Assembly: GCA_951406725.2 (NCBI GenBank) | Contig: OX597816.1 | Span: forward strand, 165,230,001-165,294,000 | From: Octopus vulgaris | Lineage: Eukaryota | DNA: 64,000 bases | Direction: 5' to 3' | Shown: one piece after another, positions 27,050 through 40,554 of the stretch | Layout of the letters: each line of letters begins with the position of its first letter | How positions within the stretch are numbered: the stretch's first letter is position 1 | Translations under genes and position numbers: made by a program | The notes under the pieces: model-generated | The model's input: only the letters and a program-made list of their open reading frames with translations | What the model was told of the DNA's origin: nothing | Database searches by the model: none

Positions 27050-29571
27050 TCTTTCCTTATAAATGTCCTGAAAACTCATCATAGTCTTGTTTTTGTTATC
27101 TCTTTTTGTCTAATATATATACATGCTAATACAAGACCCACATTAAATTCCTCACTCATATCACTATCGAACCAAGAGTTTAACTAGTCTGTTCATAGCA
27201 CTTACTTAGCATTACTGGCCACTCTTTGGGTTTTCTAGATACCAATACCTTAGAGAGATGCTTACAATTAAAAAAATGTTGGTTTGGTTAATTCATATTT
27301 ATGCTTTTGATTTTCACTGCCATTACATTACTTGGTATTTCTAAGACTTATGTCAATTTGAATCTGTTACACAGTAAAGAAGGAATGCTAAAAATAGAAA
27401 ATGGCATAAAACAGAGGGAAACTGAAAGTGATCCAGCAGTGCTCTCAAAGCCACTCACTTGATGACGTGTGAGTACAAAACTGCTGCTGGATCATATAGT
27501 AATAGTATGATAAAATGAGCAACAACAACCCATTACCAATGCACAGAAACAATTGCTGTGATTAGTGATTAAAGCCTGTTCATCCCATCACCTTGTTTTA
27601 CAAATTTATATATATATATATATACATAGTTTACAGTTGTGTTAAGGTAAGATCAGCAAAATAATTCTCCATACAGTGAGACCAATATCAGCTAATGTAC
27701 ACAGTATGAAGACACAAGCTATTGATAGTTTCTTACCTTGAAGACATAGGTCTAGGCAATTTTTATAACACTCCTTATGTCATCAAAGTAAGAATCTGTT
27801 AGTAGCCTGTATCTTTATACTGTCTACATTGAATGATATATACAAACACATACATATATACACACATTGTTTTTGCATTAGTTTATTTGTTATGAAAATA
27901 ACTAAAATTCTCAATTTACCTTTGCCATACACACATGTAGTGTCCAGACAATCATATGGTTGAATGCACAAAAATCTTAAAGTATTACATTTGACACACA
28001 CAGTTTTTCTTCTGAAATGAATGAAGGGTTTGTCTCACAACTTGAGTTTCAAGCTACTATGATCTTTAGGTAAGTTCTCACCTGAAGATTGCACTGGCAT
28101 GAAACTAGAGCCACAAGACAAACCCATATCTTCCACAATGTGTACTGAGCACTCTTCTCTCAATCTTCTAATGTAAACTGTGTGTGCATGTGTATGTACT
28201 TCTGGTAAGTCAACAAGGAAACAAAGATAAATTGTTTATGCTCTAAAATGCTTCCTGTTTAAATAATCACTGGAAAAGTCAGTCTAGAAATTAAGTCACA
28301 TTAAGATGGAGAATTTGATAGATAAACAGGGACATAGGGAGATAGAGAATGAGAGACGGGCAAAGAATATGTAAAAACTGTGAACCATGAAAAGAAATTC
28401 CTATATCTGCCTCTTGGATTACCTTTCACTGAGAAAGTTTATTTATTTTTATGAAATCCTTGATTACGGAAGTATAGAAGTCAGCCTCAAAACTAACAAT
28501 GAAAAAAAAAAAAAGAGGGGAAAAAAACAAAAACAAAAGGAAAAACTGTACAGAACTCAACCTCTAGGAATATATTGTCTAAAAAGGGAATGATGGGAGG
28601 AAGTCTAATTGATAGCAGTTAAAACCCTGGATAATATGTGTGTGGCCAATCTGGAGTAACAATAATAAAAAAAAAGGACAAAAGTACAAAATTGTTAGTG
28701 CTACCACTTGTGGTGTATCTATGAAAGAAGGATATTAGAAATATAAGTCTACTTATATATAGATCATAATAAACTCTACATGATAGCTACTTTATGTATA
28801 CGTATACTGTGTATATGTGTGTTATGGTGGTATGTATGTATGTAGAAAATGTAGTCTGTTAGAATATTAGAGTCAAATATGTCTAGTTTTAAACTTTATT
28901 TTACTGTGTGGACTTCTGTAAAATTGAGAAAAAAAATGATATGTTTCCACAGTAAATATTGTGTAAATATAATGTCATTTCATATTACAATTAATTTTTT
29001 TCTTTCATCAGCATCACTATCATCATCATGATATAACTTTCATTTAGTTTTTTTTTATACATTTTCTTTTTTGTATAGGGGTGGGTGAATTAGTGGAAAT
29101 AGGGAGGGACTGGGAGGGTGTTACTTGCGATTAAGATTCATAGAGAGTCGTTGGTTAGTTGGTATCTAGGGATTATATAACAGCAGTGATAACATAGCTT
29201 TTTAAAAAATTTTTTTTCTCTCTCTTTTGCTATGCAGATCAAAGCCTTAAAATTGATTTCAAGATTTCAATAGCTGAAACAGCTGCCAGTGATCTGGTAG
29301 TAACAATAGTTTTAGAAGAATGGTAAAAAAAAACAACAACAAAAAACAAAAAAAATTCCATGAATATTACATTCAAGCAAGAAGGGGATAAGGCAGAAAG
29401 AATTTAAATAGTGTTAAAAAAAAAGGGAATAAGTAGAAGACCCACAAGTTAGGGGAGCAGGATGCAAAAGGATGTGTAAATCAAAATGTAAACGAGAGAT
29501 TGATTCTTGGTCTTGATTGCAATGAGCTGATTAAAGAAACTATTAAAATATGTACACACACACACCAATGC

Positions 29572-29615
<44 letters not shown>

Positions 29616-29734
29616 AAATGTAGCCTTTTCTAACATTGAGATGGATTAACAACATTTTTAAGTAGAACACTTGAAAATTGTGAGTTTTCACATGCAACCA
29701 ATGATAGCATATGTAATCTACAAATAAAAAATGA

Positions 29735-29768
<34 letters not shown>

Positions 29769-29885
29769 ACAACTTATAAACAAGGGCAAAAGAAAAAAAT
29801 AAGTTGTTTATAATTTAATCTTTAAAGGTATTTTTTAATATGCTGGCCATTGATAGAATTTTTTTTGAAAAATTTTATCCTATAT

Positions 29886-29917
<32 letters not shown>

Positions 29918-30790
29918 AATGTTGTGTATTTGAACTACAAAGTGTGTCAGTGTATACCTATAACACAAATTTGTAGAATGATGAAGCAGTAAAATAAAGG
30001 GGTGGGGACCTCGTAATGTTAAAGAAGAAAAAAAAAAAAAAAAACTACAGCAAAAGCCACCAAAATATTTCTTTCCAGTTCAACAACAGTTGCAGATGGA
30101 TACTTTAGCAGAAGACAACTGAATGTTGGTGGATAAGAATTGTAAGTGAAAAACCTTCTAACAAAACAAAAATAGAAGAGAAAAACGAAAATGAAAATAC
30201 ATACATTTGAAGAAATTTAGAGTAGAAAAGAGAGGAAATATTGTAAATAATACCATTAAAAAAGGAAAAGAAAAAAAAAAAACGCTATATTTTTTTAATA
30301 TTTTCATTGGAATTTTCAGATTAATGATGAATAGATTGGGACCAGGTTTTGTTTGTTCATCCTACAGTCTCATTGTTTTGCTTTGTTTTTATATTTTCTC
30401 TCACATGAGGGACTTTTCTGGATTCTTTCTTTCCAATTATTTTTTGGGGTTTTTTTTCCCGCTTTTTAAAATTTTATTTCGTTTCATTTCCAGAATAGAG
30501 AAATATATGCTCATTTTGATTTTTGAATTCAAGAAAAATGGAATGGGATGGGCGTGGGTGGCGAGAGAGAACCAGAGGGATTTGGTAATATTGAGGGGGG
30601 AGTTAGGAAGAAGAAAAAGAAGAAATTTGTGCAAAGAACAAAAAAAAGAGAAGGAAGAAGAAGAAGATATGCTGTGTATCAGAGTAGAAACAATTTTCCC
30701 AGTTTAATCACTGGCGCTAGATAAGAATGAGTTGTCTGTCTTGAATAAATTTCTGGTAGATTTCATTCTGTTGGATTGATTGTAGTGTCA

Positions 30791-30797
30791 TCAATAC
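30791..30797 (-). CDS. AHCYL1: AHCYL1-like terminal coding exon: G TAT TGA, completing ...NYYRY*
   Basis: Acceptor tttctgctttgtttattgtag then G TAT TGA TGA; gives the family C-terminus YRY*; sits at the boundary between SINE-rich intron and SINE-poor U-rich sequence. Confidence 0.85.
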
Positions 30798-31072
30798 CTA
30801 CAATAAACAAAGCAGAAATCGTTTAAAATATAGACAACAACAATACGAACAACAATAACATTTCTAACTTTGGCATAAATATAGTCAAGTTAACATCTCC
30901 CAAGTACATGACTGATATTTAACGACAATTTTTCTAACATTGATACAAGAGGGAGGGAGATGGGAACAATCAGTTATGTTCACCCAATACATGACTGGTA
31001 TCTATTTTATAGACCACATTAATAATAGTAAATTATTGATAACAATAATAATCTTTTCTACTATAAGCACAA

Positions 31073-32046
31073 GGCGGCAAGCTGGTAGAAACGTTCTGAG
31101 TTCAAATTCCACTGAGGTCGACTTTGCCTTTCATCCTCTCAGGGTCGATAAATAAAGTGCCGGTTTCGCACTGGGGTCGATGTAATCGACTTAATCCCTT
31201 TGTCTGTCCTGGTTTGTCCCCTCTATGTTTAGCCCCTTGTGGGTAGTAAAGAAATAAGTATTTCGTTTGCCGTTACGTTCTGAGTTCAAATTCTGTTGAG
31301 GTCGACTTTGCCTTTCATCCTTTCGGGGTCAATAAATAAAGTGAGAGTTTCACACTGGGTCAATGTAATCGACTTAATCCCTTTGTCTGTCCTTGTTTGT
31401 CCCCTCTATGTTTAGCCCCTTGTGGGTAGTAAAGAAATAAGTATTTCGTTTGCCGTTACGTTCTGAGTTCAAATTCTGTTGAGGTCGACTGCCTTTCATC
31501 CTTTCGGAGTCGATAAATAAAGTGAGTTTCACACTGGGTCAATGTAATCGACTTAATCCCTTTGTCTGTCCTGGTTTGTCCCCTCTATGTTTAGCCCCTT
31601 GTGGGTAGTAAAGAAATATATAAGCACAAGGCTTGAAATTTTGGGTGAGGGGATAAGTCGATTACATCGACCCCAGTGTTTCACTGGTATTTAATTTATC
31701 GATCCTGAAAGGATGAAAGACAAGTGGAATTTGAACTCAGAACATGATGACGGGCGAAATACCAATGAGCATTTCGTCCAGCATGCTAAAGGTTCTACCA
31801 ACTCTTCATCTTCACCGTCATAATAATAATAATCCTTTCTACTGGAAGCACAAGGCCTCAAATTTGGAGAAGGGATTACGTCAATTACATTAACCCCAGT
31901 GCGTAACTGGTACTAATTTTATCAATCCCAAAAGGATGAAAGGCAAAGTTGACCTCGGCAGAATTTGAACTCAGAACGTATCGGTAGATGAAATACTGCT
32001 AAGCATTTCGCCCGGCGTGCTAATGTTTCTGCCAGCTCACCACCTT
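31073..32046. mobile_element. OK-like SINE cluster: three plus-strand units then two minus-strand units
   Basis: Family motif repeats on + (31073-31620) and on - (31620-32046). Confidence 0.88.
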
Positions 32047-33989
32047 AATGATAATAATAACAACAATAATAATATGATAAAAAATCTTTTCCAATATATT
32101 TTACTTGCAAAAGATATTAAAAGAAACAAGACACAAAAAATCGAAGTGTAGTAAGAAACAACTGCAAATACAGAAAGAAGTTAGTCACAAAATAGTTATT
32201 ATTAAAAGAAATCTGGAACAGTCATAGCAGAGGGAGAAAGACGCAAGGAACCAATTCATGACAAACCATTTTTTAATGTTCACTTCTCCGTGCTTGCAAA
32301 GGAATGGTGGAATTTGTTGGAGCAGACTTCCTACAACTGGATGCCCTTCCTGCTGCCAACCATCACAGGTTTGGAAGCAAGGTAATATTTTCCCAATGAC
32401 TCAAGATGTTTTCATCGAAGATCATTTAACATCCATTTACCATACTGGCACGAGTTGGAAGGGTTGACAGCAGCTGGTAAGGCTGGGACCGTACTAAGTT
32501 CGATTGTCAGTTTTGATATGGTTTCTATGGCTGGATGCCCTTCCTAATGGCAACCACTTTACAGAATGTACTGAGTGCCTTTTACATGACACCAGCATTA
32601 TATATCATCATCTAGTGTTTTAAATCCAGGTTTCGTCCCCATTAATGGGGGTGGCCAGATCTACCTCAATACCATAGCAACTGAGGTAGGCAGGTGCAGC
32701 CCATTCTCCTTTGCTACCACAAGGCTTTTTTGGGGCTGGATTTTCCACAGGGAACATGCCCTTGCTTACTCCCAACCATAGTTTTTAGACACGAGTGGTC
32801 CCGCGACCAAGGCCCCTACCACGATTTTTAAAAAATGTGGGGGGAAAACTAAGTCAGGAAGGCAGGAGCTCATATGTATATGACTGGTTTTTAAGTTTCT
32901 ATCTACCAAATCCATTCACAATGTTTTGGTTGACCCAGGGCAATAAAAGACACTTGCTTAAGGTGTCAGACAGCGGGGCTGAACCTGAAACTGATTGGTT
33001 GAGAAGCAAACTTCTTACCACACAGCCATGCCTGTGCTTTTGCACCTTATTTCATTGTAGAAATAAGTCACAAAGATAGCTCATGTAGAAAGAAATAATG
33101 CAAAAAAAAACAAAAACAAAAAAAAAAATGGCACAGACAGCGGAAAAAAAATAGAAAAAATAGGCAAATATAGAAATAAGGCATAAAACAACCAAAGGAG
33201 AGAGAAGGCAAATCAATGACAAATGTAGAAAGAATTTAGGCAAAAAGACAACATTGTGTCTGTAAGCGCAATTCACCTCATTCTCCAAACACAACTCAAC
33301 TGGATTGTCTGATCAGTAATTAATAAATAATACATCTCGCAGTTTTTAAATGCACAGCTAAACTGGAAACCAATTTCATTCCCAAACACATACATATATA
33401 CAAATACACACATCATCATCACTGAACATCTGTTTCCCATGCTGACATGGGTTGGACAGCTTGACAGGAGATAGCAAGACCAGTAACTACACCAAACTCC
33501 AATTGTCTATTTCGGCATGGTTTTTACAGCTGGATACCCGCCCTAACACCAACCACTTTACAGAGAGTCCTGGGTGCTATTTATGTGGCACCAACACTGA
33601 CAGGTTCACCAAGCAATTGGTGAACATGGTGATTTTGTGCATGGACACACACACACACACATATATATATATATTTGAGATAATCTTTAGTTAAATATAT
33701 TCAATGAGAATATTATATACTGAGTTTATATTGAGTAATCAATTGTATCAAAGTATTAATACTATTAAAGTATTCATATATTTAATACAAGCAATTATTT
33801 ACATGTTTTTTAATAATATATTATTATTAATATTAGGAAATCAATATCAAAACTCCTCAGAAAGATATACATGTGTGAAAAATAATTGTTGTATTAAAAA
33901 TATATAAATAAATAAATGTAAATATGTATATGTATAAGTATAAATATAATGTATGACAGTTTAAAAGTTTTGAATTAACTATTTAAAGC

Positions 33990-34079
33990 ATCTTACGATC
34001 GTTTCACTGAAAAGTTGTCCCTGTAATGAAATCCTATATTGATAAACATTTATAGACAACACTTCTGCTCTTCAGAGAT
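33990..34079 (-). ncRNA. Type I hammerhead motif with extended stem II
   Basis: AUCU-CUGAAGA-(~60 nt incl. GUUGUC/GACAAC)-GAAA-CGAUC-GUA-AGAU. Confidence 0.65.
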
Positions 34080-34379
34080 TTGATATTGATTTCCTAATAT
34101 CAATAATAATATATTACTAAAAAATATATATGTATATTTGAGATAATGTAACAGGGAAGTTTAAGACTTTTCATTACAACATCCTGAACCAAATATGTGT
34201 GTAAATATTGGTACACTATGCAATAATCCTTATGTAAATGATTGCATAACAGGGATGAAATGCCAGACCATCAGGTGAATATTGTAATTCACTTCAGTAC
34301 TACATACCAACATATATTAGTAGAGGAGCTTTCTGTGATAGCCACAAGATTCTAGGGACCCACATAAAGCACTACACAT

Positions 34380-34857
34380 ATATATAATTGTTAAACAGGA
34401 CAACAAACGTTAAGGCAAAGCAAACATATCAAGTTATATACATTATTATTATTACTGGAAAAAAAATAATTCAAAGTCTAACATCTGTTTCTGGGATATC
34501 CCAGTGTATGGGATATTCCCTCATCAGAGAGACAAATAAGGAAAATGGGAAGGGTATAAATTAATGAAATGATGACATAGAGGACAGGAGTAAAGGAATA
34601 AGATCAGAAAGTTGAAGTGCAAACTTTTATGCTTCTTTTTTCTTCCCTTTCTTCATCTCCTTATTCATTTACTCCCTTCCTCTATGTCATCATTTCATTA
34701 ATCTATACCCATCTCATTTTCCTTATTTGTCTCCGATAATGGAATATCCCAGAAACAGCGGTAAAATTTTGAATTTTTTTTTTTCCAATAATAATAATTA
34801 TGACTTGAGATGTTTGCCTTGCTTAAAATTTACTGTCCTCTTTAACAATTATATATC
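34380..34857. repeat. ~480-bp fold-back related to the 26670 element
   Basis: ATAATTGTTAAA/TTTAACAATTAT ends; ATTAATGAAATGATGACATAGAGG/CCTCTATGTCATCATTTCATTAAT internal match. Confidence 0.88.
34476..34533 (-). ncRNA. Type I hammerhead motif
   Basis: UCU-CUGAUGA-GGGAAUAUCCC AUACACU GGGAUAUCCC-A-GAAA-CAGAU-GUU-AGA. Confidence 0.55.
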
Positions 34858-36018
34858 CACTATATTGGAAATCTGCAATGGCTCCATAACTATCGTCTTG
34901 GCTATAACCTTGGAACCCTAGTAATCCATTACAGCACTTACCTAATCATTTAGATCACCTGTGAACTAAACCCCCATATTTTCTATATATACATATATCA
35001 GTTATAATCAAGCATAAAATCTATATAAGATTTTATGAAGTAGCTAGCATGTAAAAACCAATAAAAAGTATTTAATTTTCACCCTGTGTCTATGTGATAA
35101 ATAAAGTAGTTTTAGAGCCATTTGGTGTCTTCTTCTAGCATGTGGCATTACTCGGTAGTTGCCCTTATAATTTTATAATTATATTTATAAAATTAAATAC
35201 TTTGTGTGTGGAGGTGCAATGGCCCAGTGGTTAGGGCAGAGAACTTGCAGTTTTGATTCCCAGACTGGTCGGTCGTTGTGTTTATTGAATGAAAACACCT
35301 AAAGCTCCATGAGGCTCCAGCAGGGGGTGGGTGGCAATCCCTGCTGTACTCTTTTGCCACAACTTTCTCTCACTCTTTCTTCTGTTAGCCTGCTCGCTTA
35401 GCCAGCATGGTGCCGTCATTTGTGTGACCAGCGATGTGTAGCAACATCTGATAGCCTGGTCGGTCACAGTGAGATATATATATATATATATATATATATA
35501 GTGTGTACATGTAGTTCTTTTACATAATTCACATGCCTCAAATATTTCATATACAGCAGTGCAGAGGAAGATTGCTGCTAGCATTACTTGTAAGAAGTCA
35601 CCCAACATGGCCAAACAGGAAGTATTTATCTTTGGCATATAAACCCCGTCACACAAACATTAAGAAATAAAAAGGTTCTGTTTTGTATACCATACAGACT
35701 ACAAGCTCTCTCTCTCTCTACAAGTTGCAGGAGAGCCACCTAATTCTTTGACAAGAGGGTTTCCACCAGCTTTGCAGAAATCTTCTGCCCACCCAGCTCA
35801 ATGAAATTAGATCCCAAGTAAAACAAAAGTCACCAAATTCCTGTCCAATTTGCTTCTACTACACACACATCACCAATCTGACCCACTGGCTATGACTACC
35901 TTGTTCAACATATGATACAAACTAGTACTTCACCCAAGTGGTGCCCTACCAACTCTCTCTTCTACATACAACAGCTTTTGATCCTTTCAAGTGAGATGCA
36001 CAGCTCCTTCACTTAGAC

Positions 36019-36329
36019 CAGTTGTTCTCAACCAAGTCTGTATGACCCCTGGGGGTCCACACAAAATAGTACATAGGGGACCCACAGTAATTTAGTAAGG
36101 ATCCATGAGAAATGTTTGCTCTAGATGTAGATTTATTGCAAGAAACAGCTAGGATGGATTCTTTCTCCAATGTTTTACATATTTCCGTCTACACAAGATA
36201 ATGCGTGCAAAACAAAATAAGGGATTCTGAAAGGAGCATCTATAAAAATAGTTTTTAAACATTGTATGGCTAATGAGGGTCCACCAAAATAAAAGGGGGC
36301 CATACATAAAAAATGGTTGAGAACCACTG
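36019..36329. mobile_element. hAT/Charlie-like MITE
   Basis: TIR CAGTTGTTCTCAACC / GGTTGAGAACCACTG; imperfect 8-bp TSD ACTTAGAC/ACCTAAAC. Confidence 0.82.
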
Positions 36330-36786
36330 ACCTAAACTTACCAGTCTCCCTTTCTCATCATCTCTCCCGTGTTTCAATCAATCCCTCCCTAATCAACCCT
36401 AAACACTTCGTTCAATTATTCCTCCTTTAAAATGTGGCCCTTTCACCAACCCTGAAATTTCTTCCTGACTCATGTTTCTCCAACAGGTACCCATTTACGC
36501 ATTTTCAAATTGAACAAACAACCACCAGTCTGCAGGGCCCACAAGACTCATGGGCACTGCCCCTTCCACTCTAATTCATGAAGAAAAAAAAAAAAAGATA
36601 AGAAAAAGTACCAGCAGACTGAAATCAGTATTAGAGTCAACATTTTCTACTAAACCGTTGAAGGCAGAGCCCTTGTATGGCCGCACTCCAAAAACTGAAA
36701 CCAGCAAAACATTAGAAGGATAAAAGAAAATATGTTTACATGTGTGTGAATGTTTCAATGTATGTATGCATGTGTGAGTGTATGCC

Positions 36787-36820
<34 letters not shown>

Positions 36821-36981
36821 TCTACACAGCTGAAACTGTGTATGCAGGTAATGATGGTATTTACCTATCTCTCTGTATTATGTATGTATGTATGTGTATA
36901 TATATATATATATATGCACACATACATTCATTTTAGACCTTAGTGATTTTGAAAGGGAAACTATGAACAGACCCCCACACA

Positions 36982-37014
<33 letters not shown>

Positions 37015-37278
37015 TTTTAATTTAGAGATAGTAGGCCCCTACATCTCACCAAATAAAAAGAATTTTTATTTTTTTTTTTTAGGGGATACTATCTCTAAAT
37101 TAAAATATATTTCTTCATTGAGAATAATTTGAACCTCTGTTATGCCGGAATTTTTATTCCCTAAAAAATAATATTTATAATATTATCAGGTGGTGCTATT
37201 AAGTTAGACATGGCCTGGACCAATCTTTGGTCGAAACATATCTAAGTTTATATATACATATATATATATACACACACA

Positions 37279-37495
37279 CAGAGTAATCCCTTGACTATCG
37301 CGGGTGTTACATTCCAAAATCTCCCAGTGATAGGTGAAAATCCGCAAAGTAGAAACAGGACTGTACATTTTTTAAAATTATTTTTATAATTTGCATATAT
37401 TTCATTATAAATGCAAAACAACACCGCAGAGGAATCGATGTAAGCTTAAATAATAAACTGCAACAGGTGAACCGCGACACGGCAAGGGATTACTG
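37279..37495. mobile_element. pogo/Tigger-like MITE
   Basis: TIR AGTAATCCCTTG..ATCGCGG / CCGCGACACGGCAAGGGATTACTG. Confidence 0.7.
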
Positions 37496-37503
37496 TGTAT
37501 GCA

Positions 37504-37737
37504 AGGCGGCGAGCTGGCAGAAATGTTAGCACTTCAGGCGAAATGTGTAGCCATATTTTGTCTGCCGTTACGTTCTGAGTTCAAATTCCGCCGAGGTTGA
37601 CTTTGCCTTTCATCCTTTCGGGGTCGATAAATTAAGAACCAGTTACGCACTGGGGTCGATATAATCGACTTAATCCCTTTATCTGTCCTTGTTTGTCCTC
37701 TCTGTATTTAGCCCATTGTGGGTAGTAAAGAAATAAG
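37504..37737 (+). mobile_element. OK-like SINE, full length
   Basis: GGCGGCGAGCTGGCAGAA..GAGTTCAAATTCC..GTAAAGAAATAA. Confidence 0.9.
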
Positions 37738-40554
37738 TATGTATATATATATAATATATACGTAATAAAATATATATATATACACAGAGTAAGCGAAAGA
37801 GAGAGATTCACTCATGCATGCTTTATTTTTTTTATCTGGTTTCCTCTCATAGACCTTGGCCATGCTGGGGCACTGCCTTGAAGTGCTTTAGTTGATCATA
37901 TCGACCTCAGTACTTATCTCAGTCTTGTACACATTTTATTCATCTCTGTTTATTGAACCGCTAAGTCATGGAACATAAAGATGCGCACAGCCACACACTA
38001 ACATCCAAGCGTGTGTTTGTGTTAAAACCAGTTCAACAATGTCAAGGCTTCATTGCTTTATATGCTTAAATATAGGAAAGAGGTCCTTGCTTTTACTGCT
38101 ATACTTGTCTTGTGAGAACACTGTAAAAGGTCATGGAATTGGCAGGGAAGAAAGTAGAAAATTAAATTTAAGAGTAAAAAAAAAAAGTGAGCAAATAAAT
38201 TTTTTACAGAAGAAACCAATTACCCAGCTCCTTGCCTTTTTCTTTCTCTATGACACACTGATATTTATTCCAAAAGTTCAATGATCAGAGATTACCCCTA
38301 TGTCACAAGATGGGTATAATATGAAGAATTTACCAAAGTCTCCACAGTAGGATGAGACAGACAGAGTTATAAAGAACAACATTATATGAATGATGATGTC
38401 AAAACAGACTGAAGATAATATATTTGGAGTCTTTTTTTTTTGTATTTTTTTAATTTTTTATTTTTGGGTGGAAGTTTGAAAGATCAAATATTGTTGCATT
38501 AATCATAAACATTTGCACTTTGGGTATTATGATGCCAACTTTGACGTCTCACCAATAATTAAATCAAGTCCTGCTGTGTACTTTCAAAGTAAAAGAGAAC
38601 AACTAAGTCAGTTTGGAAAACATTTTCAAAAATGATTAACAAATTCAACAGAATCACTGTCTAAACAATGAGCGACTGCCAGTGGAATGAGTGGGGTATC
38701 CATGTGGTTACCAAGCCTGCTGGAAATAACAGCCAAATATCCCTCAAATCAGACTTTGAAGGACATAGAGAATAATGTAGTTTTGCATATTGATAAAATG
38801 ACAACATGGGTAGGATATCTTTTGTCATTTGTCTCCTCAATCAGAATCAGAGTTTGAGCAATAACAAATAATGAGGATAGGTCTATGGTAGAAAGAAGGC
38901 TTAGAGAAATGGCTTGTATGACAGAAAAGAAGTTTATTGATATGCGAAACACGAGTGAAGATGCCTTGTCTCAAGACTAGCATGAGAAAAGGAAGGTTTA
39001 TGATTGTGACTAGCTGAACAGGAAGAAAGCTCTTGTTTATGACTGATATAGCAAAAAAGCAAGTGTATTTCTATGACTAGTACAACAGAAGGAAGACATT
39101 GATATGATCAGCATCACTCGAATAAAGTTTACGATAAGCATGATTGAAGAAAAAAAAAAATGGAAAGAAGTATTATGTATGAGACAAACATGATGAGCGA
39201 GACACTGGCATGACATCAAAATACCTTATTGAAATGATCAGCATGACAAAAAAAAGAGTTACTTAATGACCAGAGAACGAGAAAAGAGGGTTCAATGATG
39301 TGTTTAATATGGCAGAAAAAGGGGCTTGTTAATATTGATTTCAATGTTATAGATTTGGAGGAAATGGTCAACGAAATCTAACAAGAAATATATCATTTGT
39401 CCCTATAATTTGTAATTGGTTGGATATGGTTTAACCTGCATCACTCCTTTAAGGAGCATAGGGCCCTGTTTCCCCAGTTACTCTGGCATATATATTCCTC
39501 CTTAGATGGGACCCCTGTCCGTCCCAGGATTACTAATTTTTACCAGCTGAGCAGACTGGAGCAACGCGAAATGAAGTGCTTCGCTCAACAACACAATGCA
39601 TAACCTGGTCCAGGAATTGAAACCACAATCTAATGATCATGAGTCCAACAACCTAACCACTAAGCCATGCACCACCATTTGTAATTAGATAAAGTGAATT
39701 ATAAAATCTGTCTGGGGTTGGCATAGCCATGGGGTTTAACAAGTTTGTTTTCTAACCATAGAGTTCTGGTTCAATTCCACTGCATGGTACTATGGGAAAT
39801 GTCATTTACTCCAGCTTTGGATTGACCAATGTCCTGAGAAAGGACTTTGGTAGACAATAAGCATGAAGAAGCCCTTCTGTAAATCCATGAACATCCATTT
39901 TTCTATGCTAGCATGGGTTAGAGGGTTACATGGAATTTGTCATAGCAGATTTTCAATAGCCAGATGCCATTCCTGTCACCAAATGTATGAATTACATTTC
40001 ATTCCCTTTATGTCAAAGATAACTTAGCTCTTCAATAAACAGAGATCAATAAATAAGAAGTGATATAAATAAATGATCAGCTGAAACACATGAAGTTGGT
40101 ATCACAGCACAGTGATATCCCATTGACTGAAACCAGCTAAAAAAAATTTTAATAAATAAAAATAAAAAAAATATATGGCTATGACTTCTGTCTGAACCAC
40201 TGTTTGCAGTGTAACTCATCTAATGTAAATATATGCCTCATGAATATCCAAACACTTATATGATTCTTCAAATGTTGTGCCTCATGAATATTAAGTAGGT
40301 ATATTATTTTTCAAATACTAAGCATAATGAATATTAAGCAGTTATACTATTTTTTAAATATTGTGTCTCATGAATATTTAACACATTATTTAAAGTTGTA
40401 ACAAACATAATGACAAAGCCACGAAGCTTTCATCTGTCCTCATTAGTATTAGTTTAGTTTAATTAAAATGACTAGTATAGGTGCCTGTCCTTACTATAAC
40501 ACCATTGTAACCAGCAGAGAAATTGAAGTGAATAAGTGGAAATTAAGTGGTAGA

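Larger units (their letters stand above)
26670..27120. repeat. ~450-bp fold-back, probably a Penelope-derived inverted pLTR pair
   Basis: Arms pair along their length around the palindromic centre GTAGAAATATTTCTAC (26894-26909); each arm carries a hammerhead; (TA)n flanks. Confidence 0.9.
21860..30790 (-). other. Putative long 3' UTR / 3' flank of the AHCYL1-like gene (end uncertain)
   Basis: U-rich on minus strand and depleted of SINEs relative to the rest of the window; candidate AATAAA signals include 28895-28900 and 21882-21887. Confidence 0.4.

Noticed and set aside
30207-30707. 166-aa plus-strand ORF
   Set aside because: Low-complexity antisense reading of the putative AHCYL 3' UTR with a TTG start.
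37195-37250. Hammerhead-like GGACCA..TGGTC-GAAAC next to a short fold-back (37012-37110)
   Set aside because: CUGANGA core absent; at most a decayed relic.
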